Positions 1 through 9,136 of a stretch of 64,000 nucleotides of DNA are shown piece after piece (within the stretch, counting starts at the first letter, position 1; every line of letters starts with the position of its first letter). Below the pieces are notes generated by a model. The model was not told the origin of the DNA. It saw only the letters and a program-made list of their open reading frames with translations, and made no database searches. Source of the stretch: a virus. Position numbers and translations under genes: made by a program. Location: IMG/VR virus record IMGVR_UViG_3300030202_003023, positions 1 to 64,000 of that record; one strand, written 5' to 3'.

Positions 1-1659
1 TTTAAACCTCTGTTAGAGGATAAGAATAAGCTGTTTTTATTGCAGAATGCCAAGTTTGATTTAAAGTTCTTGTTTAAGCACGGTATAGAAGTCAGTAATG
101 TGTATGACACTATGCTTGCTGAGTGTTTACTTACTGCAGGACATGAAGATAGGTCAGTTGGTTTAAAGACTCTTGCTATGAAATACCTTGGTGTAGACCT
201 GGACAAGAGTGTCAGAGGTAGTATACACAAAGAAGGATTATCTGATAGAGTTATTATTTATGCTGCTGATGATGTTAGGTATCTAACGCCAATCAAAGAA
301 GCACAGATGAAACAAATCAAAGAGTTACAGCTTGAGAATGTACTTAATCTTGAGAATGAAGTTGTTAAAACATTTGCTAGAATGGAGTATACAGGTGTGC
401 TTATTAACCAAGAAAAATGGTTAGAAGTTGCTATACAGGCAGAAAATAACGTAGAAACTTTAGTAACGCAATTAGACGCTATTATAGATGAAGACATTAA
501 ACTTGTTAAGTATAAACCTAAATGCATACAAGGTAATTTATTTGGTATAGAAGAACGTCATCACACTGTTAACTGGAGTAGTCCTAAACAAAAACTAGAG
601 ATTATAAAAGACTTAGATATAAAAGTAGATGATGTATCAGATAGGACGTTACAAAAGAACAAAAGAAAACATCCTATTATAGGATTACTTATTGAGTATA
701 GTAAGCAAGCTAAGCTTGCAAGCTCATTTGGTAGAGATTTTCTCAAATTTGTTAATCCTAAAACTAACAAGATACACCCTAACTATTGGCAAATATTGTC
801 AACAGGTAGGATATCTGTGTCTGAACCAAACGTTAATCAAATACCTGCAAGAGGTGAGTTAGGTGGTAAAATTCGTTCTGCATTTATACCTTCTCCAGGT
901 AAAGTTATAGTTGGTGGTGATTACAGTGGTATGGAATTAAGAATTATTGCAGCATTAAGTAAAGATCCGTTGTGGGTTAATGCTTTTAAAACTGGGCAAG
1001 ATTTGCATTCTGTATTATGTGCTGCAACATTTGGTATATCTATAACAGATGTTAAAAAACCTTTTCCAGAGAAACCTGAAAAGTCATACAGAGATGTACA
1101 GAAGACAATCAATTTTGGTTTAGCTTATGGTATGTCAAAGTTTAAGCTAGCAGATACAATGGGTATTCCTGTTGGTAAGGCTGATGAAATCATTAAAAAG
1201 TTTTTTAATGTAGTACCTGAAGTAAAGAAATTTTTAGACATGCTAGGAAATTTAGGTAAAGCTAGAGGATATATAAGAACATCTTTACCTTATAGACGCA
1301 TGAGAAGATTTAAGAAACTAGAAGAATATGTAGACCAAGTAGGTTCTAACCAAGGCTTCTATGATTTTGCTTATTTAGGTAGTGTAGAACGTGCTAGTAA
1401 AAATATGCCTATTCAAGGTACTAACGGTGATGTGATTAAACTTGCTTTATGTAGAGTTAGTGACGTAATTAAAGCAGAGAAGTGGCCTGTCAATATATTA
1501 TTGTCTGTTTATGATGAAATACAAACAGAATGTGATTATGCCAGTGCAAAAAAGTGGAAAAACAGACTTGATCAAATTATGATAGAAGCTGCAGAAGAAG
1601 TAATTAAAGACATTCCAATAGTAGTTGATTGTAGTATATCAACACATTGGAGTAAATAA
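1..1659 (+). CDS. polA: DNA polymerase family A with 3'-5' exonuclease domain (5'-partial; frame is open from base 1)
   Basis: ExoII QNAKFD, ExoIII YAADD, TGRIS..PN, motif A DYSGMELR, motif B KTINFGLAYG, motif C VYDEI. No stop upstream of the listed TTG. Confidence 0.96.
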   Translation, partial: FKPLLEDKNKLFLLQNAKFDLKFLFKHGIEVSNVYDTMLAECLLTAGHEDRSVGLKTLAMKYLGVDLDKSVRGSIHKEGLSDRVIIYAADDVRYLTPIKEAQMKQIKELQLENVLNLENEVVKTFARMEYTGVLINQEKWLEVAIQAENNVETLVTQLDAIIDEDIKLVKYKPKCIQGNLFGIEERHHTVNWSSPKQKLEIIKDLDIKVDDVSDRTLQKNKRKHPIIGLLIEYSKQAKLASSFGRDFLKFVNPKTNKIHPNYWQILSTGRISVSEPNVNQIPARGELGGKIRSAFIPSPGKVIVGGDYSGMELRIIAALSKDPLWVNAFKTGQDLHSVLCAATFGISITDVKKPFPEKPEKSYRDVQKTINFGLAYGMSKFKLADTMGIPVGKADEIIKKFFNVVPEVKKFLDMLGNLGKARGYIRTSLPYRRMRRFKKLEEYVDQVGSNQGFYDFAYLGSVERASKNMPIQGTNGDVIKLALCRVSDVIKAEKWPVNILLSVYDEIQTECDYASAKKWKNRLDQIMIEAAEEVIKDIPIVVDCSISTHWSK

Positions 1660-1674
1660 AAACTAAATATTATT

Positions 1675-1959
1675 ATGGAGAATTTAAAACAACTTCATTT
1701 AAAAGCTGCTGAGCTTTATGAAAAGCATGAAAAATCTTCAGAATATGAAAAATGTGACTATCATTTAGTGGAAACATTTGATTCTGGAGGGTATGGATAT
1801 GGTCAAAACAGAAGATTGATGTTAATAGACATTTCAACAAAGAAAATATTAACAGACGGTGGTCTAAAAAGAATTAAATCTTATATGAATCTCAGAAAAA
1901 TAGACGCTGCAAATGTCTATGACTGGGATAAACTTGTAAATCAAAACAAGGATGAGTAA
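1675..1959 (+). CDS. hypothetical protein, 94 aa
   Basis: ATG after AT-rich leader; operon-like packing. Confidence 0.7.
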   Translation: MENLKQLHLKAAELYEKHEKSSEYEKCDYHLVETFDSGGYGYGQNRRLMLIDISTKKILTDGGLKRIKSYMNLRKIDAANVYDWDKLVNQNKDE

Positions 1960-2188
1960 AGAATTTGACGAATTTATGGATAGTGTAGAAAATATGCACT
2001 CAAACAGAAAAAAAATGACTAGAGATGCAATATACCGCCTATTAAGAGGTACTTTCCACAGTCAAAGTGGGTTATTCTTAAACAAAGAGCAATGTATGGC
2101 ACTTTGTATGGTGATTTACAATTTTAAACAAAATCAAAATTATGAGCGTTCAGAAAAACAAGGACAAAGTCCAGAGGGAAGCCCTTAA
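1952..2188 (+). CDS. hypothetical protein, 78 aa
   Basis: Overlaps the upstream stop; C-terminus overlaps the helicase start. Confidence 0.55.
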   Translation: MSKEFDEFMDSVENMHSNRKKMTRDAIYRLLRGTFHSQSGLFLNKEQCMALCMVIYNFKQNQNYERSEKQGQSPEGSP

Positions 2189-3272
2189 TGCTTGGGTTCT
2201 TGCTGGATGTGAAGGTACTATTGAAGCTGCAACAGCTTTTGGTAAGACAAGAGTTGGCGTGTTAGCTATATCTTATTACGCCAAAAAAGCTGATTACAAG
2301 TTTAAAGCTTTGATAGTTACTCCTACAACTGCTATTCAAGAAGAATGGCGTAAGGAGTTTAAAAAATGGGGTGAGTCCCGTGTATTAAAAGAGTGTGTAG
2401 AAGTTTACTGTATAAATACTGCTAGGGAATTTGTTGGTTGCTGCTATAACATAGCAGTATTTGATGAAATCCATAACTATATTAACGGTGAAGTTAACTA
2501 CAAAGTGTTTAAGAATAATGTATTTGACAAGATTTTAGGTCTTTCAGCTAGTATTGATAATTCTATTATGTCAAGCTTAAATGAAGTAGCACCAATATGC
2601 TATGCTTTGACAGTGTATGACGCATTAGAATTAGAACTAATTAGTGAATTTACTGTGTATAATTTACCAATAGCTTTAACTGAAGAAGAAAACATGCAAT
2701 ATAAATCTCTTTCAAATGCTATAACTTATACTTGGGAAAGATTTGGTAGACAAGCATGGAAGAAGATAGGTGAACGTAAAGACATCCTTTACAAAGCAGC
2801 TAATAAATTAGATATAGTAGAGGAAATTTCAAAGTATTTTAACGGTAATTACGGTATAGTATTTAGTCAAACTAAAAATTATGCTGACCTTGTTCAAGAT
2901 ACTATTGGAGAGACTTGTGTATCACATCATTCTGGTATAACTGCCAAAAACAGACTTTTGAATCTTAAAAGGTTTGCTGATGGTAGAACAAAAGTTAAGC
3001 GTATATCTTCAGCTAAAACATTAGATGAGGGTGTTACACTACCAAGACTTGAGTTTGCTGTTATAGCATCAGGTAGTTCTAAGCCTAAGCAAATGATCCA
3101 GAGAGTTGGTAGATGTTTACGTTTAGATGTAGAGGGTAAACACGCAAGTATAATTAGGTTGTATGTTAAAGATACCGTTGAAGAAAACTGGATATCTAAT
3201 GCACAGAAAGGATTTAAAGTTGTAAATATTAATTCTATAAATGAAATAAATGTCAGTGCAGAAAATTGTTAA
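2142..3272 (+). CDS. superfamily 2 (DExH) helicase
   Basis: Walker A ATAFGKT, Ia VTPT, DEIH, SAS, EGV, QRVGR. Confidence 0.92.
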   Translation: MSVQKNKDKVQREALNAWVLAGCEGTIEAATAFGKTRVGVLAISYYAKKADYKFKALIVTPTTAIQEEWRKEFKKWGESRVLKECVEVYCINTAREFVGCCYNIAVFDEIHNYINGEVNYKVFKNNVFDKILGLSASIDNSIMSSLNEVAPICYALTVYDALELELISEFTVYNLPIALTEEENMQYKSLSNAITYTWERFGRQAWKKIGERKDILYKAANKLDIVEEISKYFNGNYGIVFSQTKNYADLVQDTIGETCVSHHSGITAKNRLLNLKRFADGRTKVKRISSAKTLDEGVTLPRLEFAVIASGSSKPKQMIQRVGRCLRLDVEGKHASIIRLYVKDTVEENWISNAQKGFKVVNINSINEINVSAENC

Positions 3273-3522
3273 GTTAACTAGAGAAAAGCTACAAATCATG
3301 TTCCATTTAATGGAGATTAAAAATGCGGACTTTAGAAAACAAGAGTATGAAGTAATGGCGCAACAGATATCAGAGGAATTTGATGTCTGTTGTACTGTTA
3401 AAATTTTAGAAGACTACTGTTATAGTAGTTGTAATTTTGAAGATTGGGAATTAGAATCTAGAAAAGTAGAGCATAATTATCACTACAATAGTCAGTATTA
3501 TGAAGATAGAAATAGACATTAA
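3250..3522 (+). CDS. hypothetical protein, 90 aa
   Basis: Overlaps both neighbours in the replication operon. Confidence 0.65.
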   Translation: MSVQKIVKLTREKLQIMFHLMEIKNADFRKQEYEVMAQQISEEFDVCCTVKILEDYCYSSCNFEDWELESRKVEHNYHYNSQYYEDRNRH

Positions 3523-4048
3523 AAGGATAAGTACATATGATATAACTCCTAATGAATATGTGTTTCTTTTGTTAAGGATTTTGAAGAGACCAGTGCCTGA
3601 AATTGTAAATAATTCCGTATCTTTAAAGGTACTTCAAGACAAAGGTTTTATTAAAATAGTTGAAGGAGGCTTTGCTAAAAGACCAAAGCTTTCCAGGCTA
3701 TTTAACTCTGTAATAGAAACCTCTGAAGTAGAAAGTTGGATAGAGGAATGGCGCAGTCTGTGGCCTTCAGGAATAAAGAGTGGCGGTAAATTAGTCAAAG
3801 GTTCTAAAACTGATTGCGTTAAAAAAATGAAAGAGTTTTTAGCTAGAACTAATTACAGTAAAGATGAAATATTTGCAGCAACATTAGCTTATGTTACAGA
3901 ACGCAAAAATCATAGTTACAAATACATGTCATTAGCAAATTACTTTATTCAGAAGAACAATGATTCACCATTAGAAGCATGGTGTGAGCAAATTGCAGAA
4001 GACACTACTAGGGAAGATACTTATGGTGCTTTTCATAAAGAAATTTAA
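3500..4048 (+). CDS. putative replication initiator / helicase-loader-like protein
   Basis: N-terminal wHTH-like segment, W..WP..K helical domain, located directly upstream of DnaB. Confidence 0.5.
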   Translation: MKIEIDIKRISTYDITPNEYVFLLLRILKRPVPEIVNNSVSLKVLQDKGFIKIVEGGFAKRPKLSRLFNSVIETSEVESWIEEWRSLWPSGIKSGGKLVKGSKTDCVKKMKEFLARTNYSKDEIFAATLAYVTERKNHSYKYMSLANYFIQKNNDSPLEAWCEQIAEDTTREDTYGAFHKEI

Positions 4049-4058
4049 AACTTAATAT

Positions 4059-5132
4059 ATGAAGAGTGTATTTGATGAGGTTATTAATGAAGTTGATAGA
4101 GGTAGAGAAGGTTTAAACGTAGGATTACCTATGGGTTTTAAACGTTTAGTAGAATATCTACCTAATATTCAACAAAGTACTTATTATTTAATAGGTGCAG
4201 GTACTAAGGTAGGTAAGACTACTTTAGCTGATGATTGTTTCTTGTACAATCCATATGATTATCTTAAAGCTAACCCAGATTCACCTATTACATTAGACAT
4301 TGATTACTTTTCATATGAGATAGAAAAGAAAGTAAAGATAGTTAAAGGTGTAGGTAGAAAACTGTGGTGGGATCATGGTATAATAGCTGATGTAAATCAA
4401 ATATTATCTAGAGGTAACAACCATTGTTCAGATGAGCTTTACAACCTTGTAAAAGGTTATAGAGATTACTTTGAAGAAATGGAAGATGTTGTTACTATCC
4501 ATGACATGCCAGACAATCCAACTGGTATAAACAAGTATCTGTACAGAAAAGCTAATGCTTTAGGTAAAGTAGAGTACCAAGTAATAGGTAAGGACGCTGA
4601 AGGTAAAGAGATTACAAGGTTTAAGAAGTATACTCCTAATGACCCTAACAGGTACTGGATTATATTTATTGACCATATTGCTTTAATGAAAGCAGAACGA
4701 GGATTTGGTACAAAGCAGAACATTGATAAAATGTCTCAGTATTTTGTACAGCTTAGGAATAATTATGGTGCAATACCTGTAGTTATTCAGCAGCTAGCAT
4801 TTGATAGTGAGAATGACGAGCGTCATAAATCAGGTAGACTTACACCAGCAATTAAAGATTTTGGTGACAGTAAGTACACTACTAGGGACGCTAACGTTAT
4901 TATGGCTTTATTTGATCCTTCTAGGTATAATTTAGATAGATTTCAGAATTATGATATTAGAAGACTAGGAAATACATATAGAAATCTAGAAATATTAGCC
5001 AACCGTGATGGTGAACCTAATGTTAATATAGGACTTAATTTTATTGGTCCTGCAGGTACATTTAGAGAATTACCAAGAGCATCTGAAATTACAGATGAGC
5101 ATTATATGAAAGCTTCAAGTATGGAGCGTTAA
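4059..5132 (+). CDS. dnaB: DnaB-like replicative helicase
   Basis: Walker A GAGTKVGKTT, SYE, IFIDH, VIQQL, DANVIMAL, NRDGE. Confidence 0.9.
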   Translation: MKSVFDEVINEVDRGREGLNVGLPMGFKRLVEYLPNIQQSTYYLIGAGTKVGKTTLADDCFLYNPYDYLKANPDSPITLDIDYFSYEIEKKVKIVKGVGRKLWWDHGIIADVNQILSRGNNHCSDELYNLVKGYRDYFEEMEDVVTIHDMPDNPTGINKYLYRKANALGKVEYQVIGKDAEGKEITRFKKYTPNDPNRYWIIFIDHIALMKAERGFGTKQNIDKMSQYFVQLRNNYGAIPVVIQQLAFDSENDERHKSGRLTPAIKDFGDSKYTTRDANVIMALFDPSRYNLDRFQNYDIRRLGNTYRNLEILANRDGEPNVNIGLNFIGPAGTFRELPRASEITDEHYMKASSMER

Positions 5133-5150
5133 ATTTAAATTTAAATAAGT

Positions 5151-5888
5151 ATGATTGAAATTAAATTACCTACTAAGTTAGTAAAGAGTAGTACTAGTAA
5201 TCCTAAACTTATGCTAATGTACAGTCCTCCTAAAACAGGTAAGACTACATTGTTAGCTAAGTTAGACAATTGTTTAATTATTGACCTTGAAGATGGTGCA
5301 AAGTATTTAGATGCGCTTAAAATCAATGTTAATAGTTTAGAAGAATTACAAGCTGTTGGGACAGAAATTGTCAAAGCAGGTAAGCCGTACAAGTATGTTG
5401 CAATTGACACATTAACAAGATTAGAAGAGATGTGTTTGCCAGTTGCTAAAGCTATGTACAAAAAGTCACCAATGGGTAAGAACTTTGACGGAGATTCTGT
5501 CTTAGAACTAGCTAATGGTGCAGGTTATTTATGGTTACGTAAAGCTTTTCAGTTGTGGTTAGGTAAAATTAAACATTTAGCTGATCATGTTATTCTTGTT
5601 GGTCACATTAAGGATAAATTTATTGAGAAAAAAGGTAAAGAGGTACAAGCTAAAGATATTGACTTAACTGGTAAGCTTAAACAAATCACATGCTCTGACG
5701 CAGATGCTATTGGATATTTACACAGAGGAGACAACAATGAGCTGTTGTTAAATTTCCAAAGTTCTGATGTTATTAATTGTGGTGCAAGACCTTCTCATCT
5801 AAAAGGCAAAGAAATAGTTATGGCTGAATATGATGAGAAGAATAATGATCTCAAGAACGTTGCTTGGGATAAAATTTATGTTGATTAA
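5151..5888 (+). CDS. AAA_24 / Sak4-like P-loop ATPase (recombination)
   Basis: YSPPKTGKTT, IIDLEDG, AIDTLT, LVGH, DAIGY. Confidence 0.85.
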   Translation: MIEIKLPTKLVKSSTSNPKLMLMYSPPKTGKTTLLAKLDNCLIIDLEDGAKYLDALKINVNSLEELQAVGTEIVKAGKPYKYVAIDTLTRLEEMCLPVAKAMYKKSPMGKNFDGDSVLELANGAGYLWLRKAFQLWLGKIKHLADHVILVGHIKDKFIEKKGKEVQAKDIDLTGKLKQITCSDADAIGYLHRGDNNELLLNFQSSDVINCGARPSHLKGKEIVMAEYDEKNNDLKNVAWDKIYVD

Positions 5889-5902
5889 TTAAACTTTTAA
5901 AA

Positions 5903-6259
5903 ATGGTAGAGATTTCTATTAAAGCAGTGCTACAGCACTTAGAGAATGGTGTAACAAGAACCACAGACAGTAAGAACTATAACCCAGAACTTAGATCTAT
6001 TGAAGAGATTTATGAATTATCTAAAGCAGATGTAAGAGAGATGTTTAAGCATCCTTTATTAATGAACAAGAAGACAAAGCCACCAAGAGCTTTTACATTA
6101 ATTGATGATCTTACTGCAGAATTAGAAGCAGCACAAGCAGCACAGCAAGCAGCTACACCTTCTTATGGTGCACGTCCTGCACAAACTACTCAGTTGCCAA
6201 CAAATACAAACACAACTGATATTTATTTAACTGGAGAGAATTCAACAGAGCAACACTAG
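5903..6259 (+). CDS. hypothetical protein, 118 aa (possible HTH plus low-complexity tail)
   Basis: ORF with AT-rich leader. Confidence 0.7.
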   Translation: MVEISIKAVLQHLENGVTRTTDSKNYNPELRSIEEIYELSKADVREMFKHPLLMNKKTKPPRAFTLIDDLTAELEAAQAAQQAATPSYGARPAQTTQLPTNTNTTDIYLTGENSTEQH

Positions 6260-6304
6260 TTGCTTCATTATTATTAATTTTTTATTTTTAAAACCCAAGT
6301 AAAC

Positions 6305-6871
6305 ATGTACGGAAGTAGATTAGACAGTAAAGGAGAAGCTATTCAAGAGAATAGCCAGTACGCAACTCCAATAGCAGGAGAAAGAGTTCAAGGCAACACT
6401 TTAGAAGGAATTGCATTAGCTGAAGACAAGGATGGAAACATTGTTGAAACTAGAGCAAATGTAGTGTTTAAACAAGCTAATGGTTCAACAGTACGTTGGA
6501 CTATCTTTGAAGCAACAGAAGATTGGCAGTTTGATAGCCTTAATAAAAATATCAAGCATTTAGCTACTAAGCTTATGACTGAAGAAGAGTACTATGCTGG
6601 TATTGAAAAAGGAGGAGCACCTACAGACTTTGTTAGTTTTATTGACAGATTATCTAAGTTATTAGTTCCTAAAGCAGCTGGTAAAATGTTCACTATTAAG
6701 TTTGTATACAAGAAAGGATATGTTACCATTCCTACTTTTCCAAACTGGATTGCATTACCAGAAAATGAAAACAGTTTAACTACTAATCCTAAGTATGATA
6801 AGTATGTTAAAGAAGAACCAACTGCTGAAGAAGATGTAGCTTCTAGTACTGTTGGTACAGATGTGTTTTAA
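6305..6871 (+). CDS. putative single-stranded DNA-binding protein
   Basis: Beta-rich, acidic C-terminus ending DVF, between Sak4-like ATPase and primase, followed by a terminator. Confidence 0.6.
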   Translation: MYGSRLDSKGEAIQENSQYATPIAGERVQGNTLEGIALAEDKDGNIVETRANVVFKQANGSTVRWTIFEATEDWQFDSLNKNIKHLATKLMTEEEYYAGIEKGGAPTDFVSFIDRLSKLLVPKAAGKMFTIKFVYKKGYVTIPTFPNWIALPENENSLTTNPKYDKYVKEEPTAEEDVASSTVGTDVF

Positions 6872-6898
6872 GCATGTCTATTTAATTTTTTAGAATTA

Positions 6899-6931
6899 GC
6901 AGGGGAACACTATAGTTCTCCTGCATTTTTG
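6899..6931 (+). terminator. Rho-independent terminator
   Basis: GCAGGGGAAC-actata-GTTCTCCTGC stem (one G.U pair) followed by ATTTTT. Confidence 0.75.
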
Positions 6932-6938
6932 TCTTTAT

Positions 6939-7943
6939 ATGTATGGAAAAAGAGAGCTTACAATAGAAAACGTTAGAAATAGAGTTAATAGCTTTGATTT
7001 GTTTTCTTACTATTGTTCAACTTTTAAAGATATAAACGTAAGATTTTGCAGTGAATTAAGAGATGATAAATATCCAACATGCTGTATATATGCTTATAGT
7101 AATAAACTTTTCTATAAAGACTTTGCAACGGGTGATTCTTATGATGATATTGGGTATATTAAGGCAAAATATAATGTAGATTTTTTTACAGCTTTAGCCT
7201 ATATTAATAGAGATTTTAATTTAGATTTATGTGCAAAAACTTTAGAAGGAACTCCTACAATGCAGTTCTTTGGAGTACCAGATAAATCAATTAATCTTAA
7301 AAAATACATAAAGGAAACGTCTGTTATAAAAGTACAGGTAAGACAGTGGGGAGAAGAAGACAAATCTTTTTGGAAAAATAAATATGACTTTACTTCAAAA
7401 CAACTTAATTTTTACAAAGTATATCCAATAAAATTCTTTTGGATAAATGAAATAATGTATAGTTGTAAAAAGAACAGTTACGGTTATTATTTAGGAAATA
7501 GACAAGGTATTGCAAGATGGAAAATATATCAACCTTTGCAGCCTAGAGAAAGTAAATGGTTTTCAAATATAAATAGAGAAGACGTACAAGGAGTTACTCA
7601 ATTACCAGAAACAGGAGACACTCTATACATAACTTCAAGCTTAAAAGACATCATAGTTTTACGTAAACTTGGATTAAGTGCCGTTGCACCAAGTGCAGAA
7701 ACTACTATCATACCAGAAGATATTATCACTATGCTGAAAATAAGATTTAAAAAGCTAGTTATTTTCTATGATAATGATAATCCAGGTATAGTTGCTTCAA
7801 ATAAGCATTCAAAAATATATGGAGCAAGTGAAATATGTATACCTTTTAAACATTTATCTGAAAGCATAAAAGACCCAAGTGACTTTGTTGAAAAATACGG
7901 TTACGAGAAACTTTTAAATGTTATAAAAACAGAAGAAAAATGA
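6939..7943 (+). CDS. DNA primase (TOPRIM, crAss-like)
   Basis: Degenerate Zn-ribbon (CSELRDDKYPTC), YKDFATG, ITSSLKD, YDND..G, KDPSD. Confidence 0.88.
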   Translation: MYGKRELTIENVRNRVNSFDLFSYYCSTFKDINVRFCSELRDDKYPTCCIYAYSNKLFYKDFATGDSYDDIGYIKAKYNVDFFTALAYINRDFNLDLCAKTLEGTPTMQFFGVPDKSINLKKYIKETSVIKVQVRQWGEEDKSFWKNKYDFTSKQLNFYKVYPIKFFWINEIMYSCKKNSYGYYLGNRQGIARWKIYQPLQPRESKWFSNINREDVQGVTQLPETGDTLYITSSLKDIIVLRKLGLSAVAPSAETTIIPEDIITMLKIRFKKLVIFYDNDNPGIVASNKHSKIYGASEICIPFKHLSESIKDPSDFVEKYGYEKLLNVIKTEEK

Positions 7944-8083
7944 ACGAAAAACAAAAAGAAATATCACCAGCAGAAAAAATAATAGCATTATTTTTACACT
8001 TGAAAAAAACTATTCCAAATGATAGAGAGTTTGGTACAAAAATGCGTTCTGTAATGGATGCATTATTAGAAAAGAAAGCATAA
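7940..8083 (+). CDS. small hypothetical protein, 47 aa (MNEKQKEISPAEK...), not in the ORF track
   Basis: ATGA overlap with the primase stop and TAATG overlap with the next gene. Confidence 0.65.
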   Translation: MNEKQKEISPAEKIIALFLHLKKTIPNDREFGTKMRSVMDALLEKKA

Positions 8084-8457
8084 TGATATTTATAAGTGGA
8101 AATGTTCCAAGTAGTAAAAATAGCAAGCAATGGACAGGTCGTATGCTTATAAAATCAAAGACCACCTTGCGCTATGAAAAAGCTACTAAGGAGCAGTGGG
8201 AAGAAAACAAAGAAACATTCCTAAAATTGATTGATGGTAAGACCGTACCATATCAAATAGGATTTTATTTTGTGAGGGGAACTAGACATAAATATGATTG
8301 GGTTAATCCTGTTCAAACTATACAAGACTTAATGGTACGTTATGAGTGGTTAGAAGATGATAACATCACTATAATGTATCCAAAGCCTTTTAAAATAAAA
8401 GGTAAAATGGGACACTATGATAAAGGATGTCCTGGAGTATATATTAAAGTCTTTTAA
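8083..8457 (+). CDS. RusA-like Holliday junction resolvase
   Basis: GNVPSSKNS start, D-W-V-N...D-LM...EDDN acidic motif, final beta strand GVYIKV. Confidence 0.7.
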   Translation: MIFISGNVPSSKNSKQWTGRMLIKSKTTLRYEKATKEQWEENKETFLKLIDGKTVPYQIGFYFVRGTRHKYDWVNPVQTIQDLMVRYEWLEDDNITIMYPKPFKIKGKMGHYDKGCPGVYIKVF

Positions 8458-8459
8458 AA

Positions 8460-8681
8460 ATGTTTAGTGACAATGTTGAAAAACAATTACGTGTTTTAGA
8501 AATTAATACTGACAAGCCTATAAACGAGATAAGGTTATTGTTAGAAACAAAATTAGATGAAACTAAAAATCTAATTAATACAAAAAGCCATCACAAGTAT
8601 GAAGAAGTGAAGGATGCTTATTCTGTATTTATGGAAGAATACACCCGCATTCTTGATCTTGGAGATGCATTATTACCATAA
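8460..8681 (+). CDS. hypothetical helical protein, 73 aa
   Basis: Tightly packed ORF. Confidence 0.6.
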   Translation: MFSDNVEKQLRVLEINTDKPINEIRLLLETKLDETKNLINTKSHHKYEEVKDAYSVFMEEYTRILDLGDALLP

Positions 8682-8706
8682 TTATTTAATTTTAAATTTT
8701 ATTACA

Positions 8707-8934
8707 ATGAGAAAAGTTACTGTAGTATCTACCGCAACAGGTGGAAAGAATGAAGTTTTATCAAGTGCAACTACTTGGGGAGAATTAAAAGGTCAAATCT
8801 CTGAATATATGACAGGTGAAATGAAAGTTACTGTTAGAGAAACTAGAAATGATTTATCTAATGCAGATGCAATTTTACCTGAAGGTGATTTCACTTTATT
8901 CTTATTCCCTGTAAAAGTTAAGTCAGGTAGATAA
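8707..8934 (+). CDS. ubiquitin-like (beta-grasp) protein, 75 aa, C-terminus ...FPVKVKSG-R
   Basis: Likely true start is ATG 8707. Beta-beta-alpha pattern (KVTVV...EVL...TTWGELK), then LPEGDFTLFL strand and penultimate Gly; upstream of E2/JAB/E1 genes. Confidence 0.8.
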   Translation: MRKVTVVSTATGGKNEVLSSATTWGELKGQISEYMTGEMKVTVRETRNDLSNADAILPEGDFTLFLFPVKVKSGR

Positions 8935-9089
8935 TGGCTAAGAAAAAGAACAAAGTTACTGTTACACATCCTTTTTCTTCTGTAGAAGAGCACTACAAAC
9001 ATTTACAAAAAAAGTATGATACTTATTTTAATGAGCGCTTAGAAAAACTAGAAGAAATAGGAAAAGAACTTCGTGCAGATATTAATTAA
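8934..9089 (+). CDS. small hypothetical protein, 51 aa (MAKKKNKVTVTHPF...), not in the ORF track
   Basis: TAATG coupling to the Ubl stop; ends just before a hairpin terminator. Confidence 0.65.
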   Translation: MAKKKNKVTVTHPFSSVEEHYKHLQKKYDTYFNERLEKLEEIGKELRADIN

Positions 9090-9098
9090 ATCAATAAT

Positions 9099-9130
9099 AA
9101 GAGAGGGCTACATGTCCTCTCTTTAATTTT
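9099..9130 (+). terminator. Rho-independent terminator between the Ubl genes and E2/JAB/E1
   Basis: AAGAGAGGGC-tacat-GTCCTCTCTT stem followed by TAATTTT. Confidence 0.65.
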
Positions 9131-9136
9131 AAATTT

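Noticed and set aside
1-7943. Inteins or self-splicing introns in polA, helicases or primase
   Set aside because: Protein lengths and motif spacing are normal; no homing endonuclease or splice motifs seen.
8614-8706. N-terminal extension of the Ubl ORF given in the ORF track
   Set aside because: It overlaps the upstream gene in another frame; ATG 8707 has an AT-rich leader and gives a ubiquitin-sized protein.
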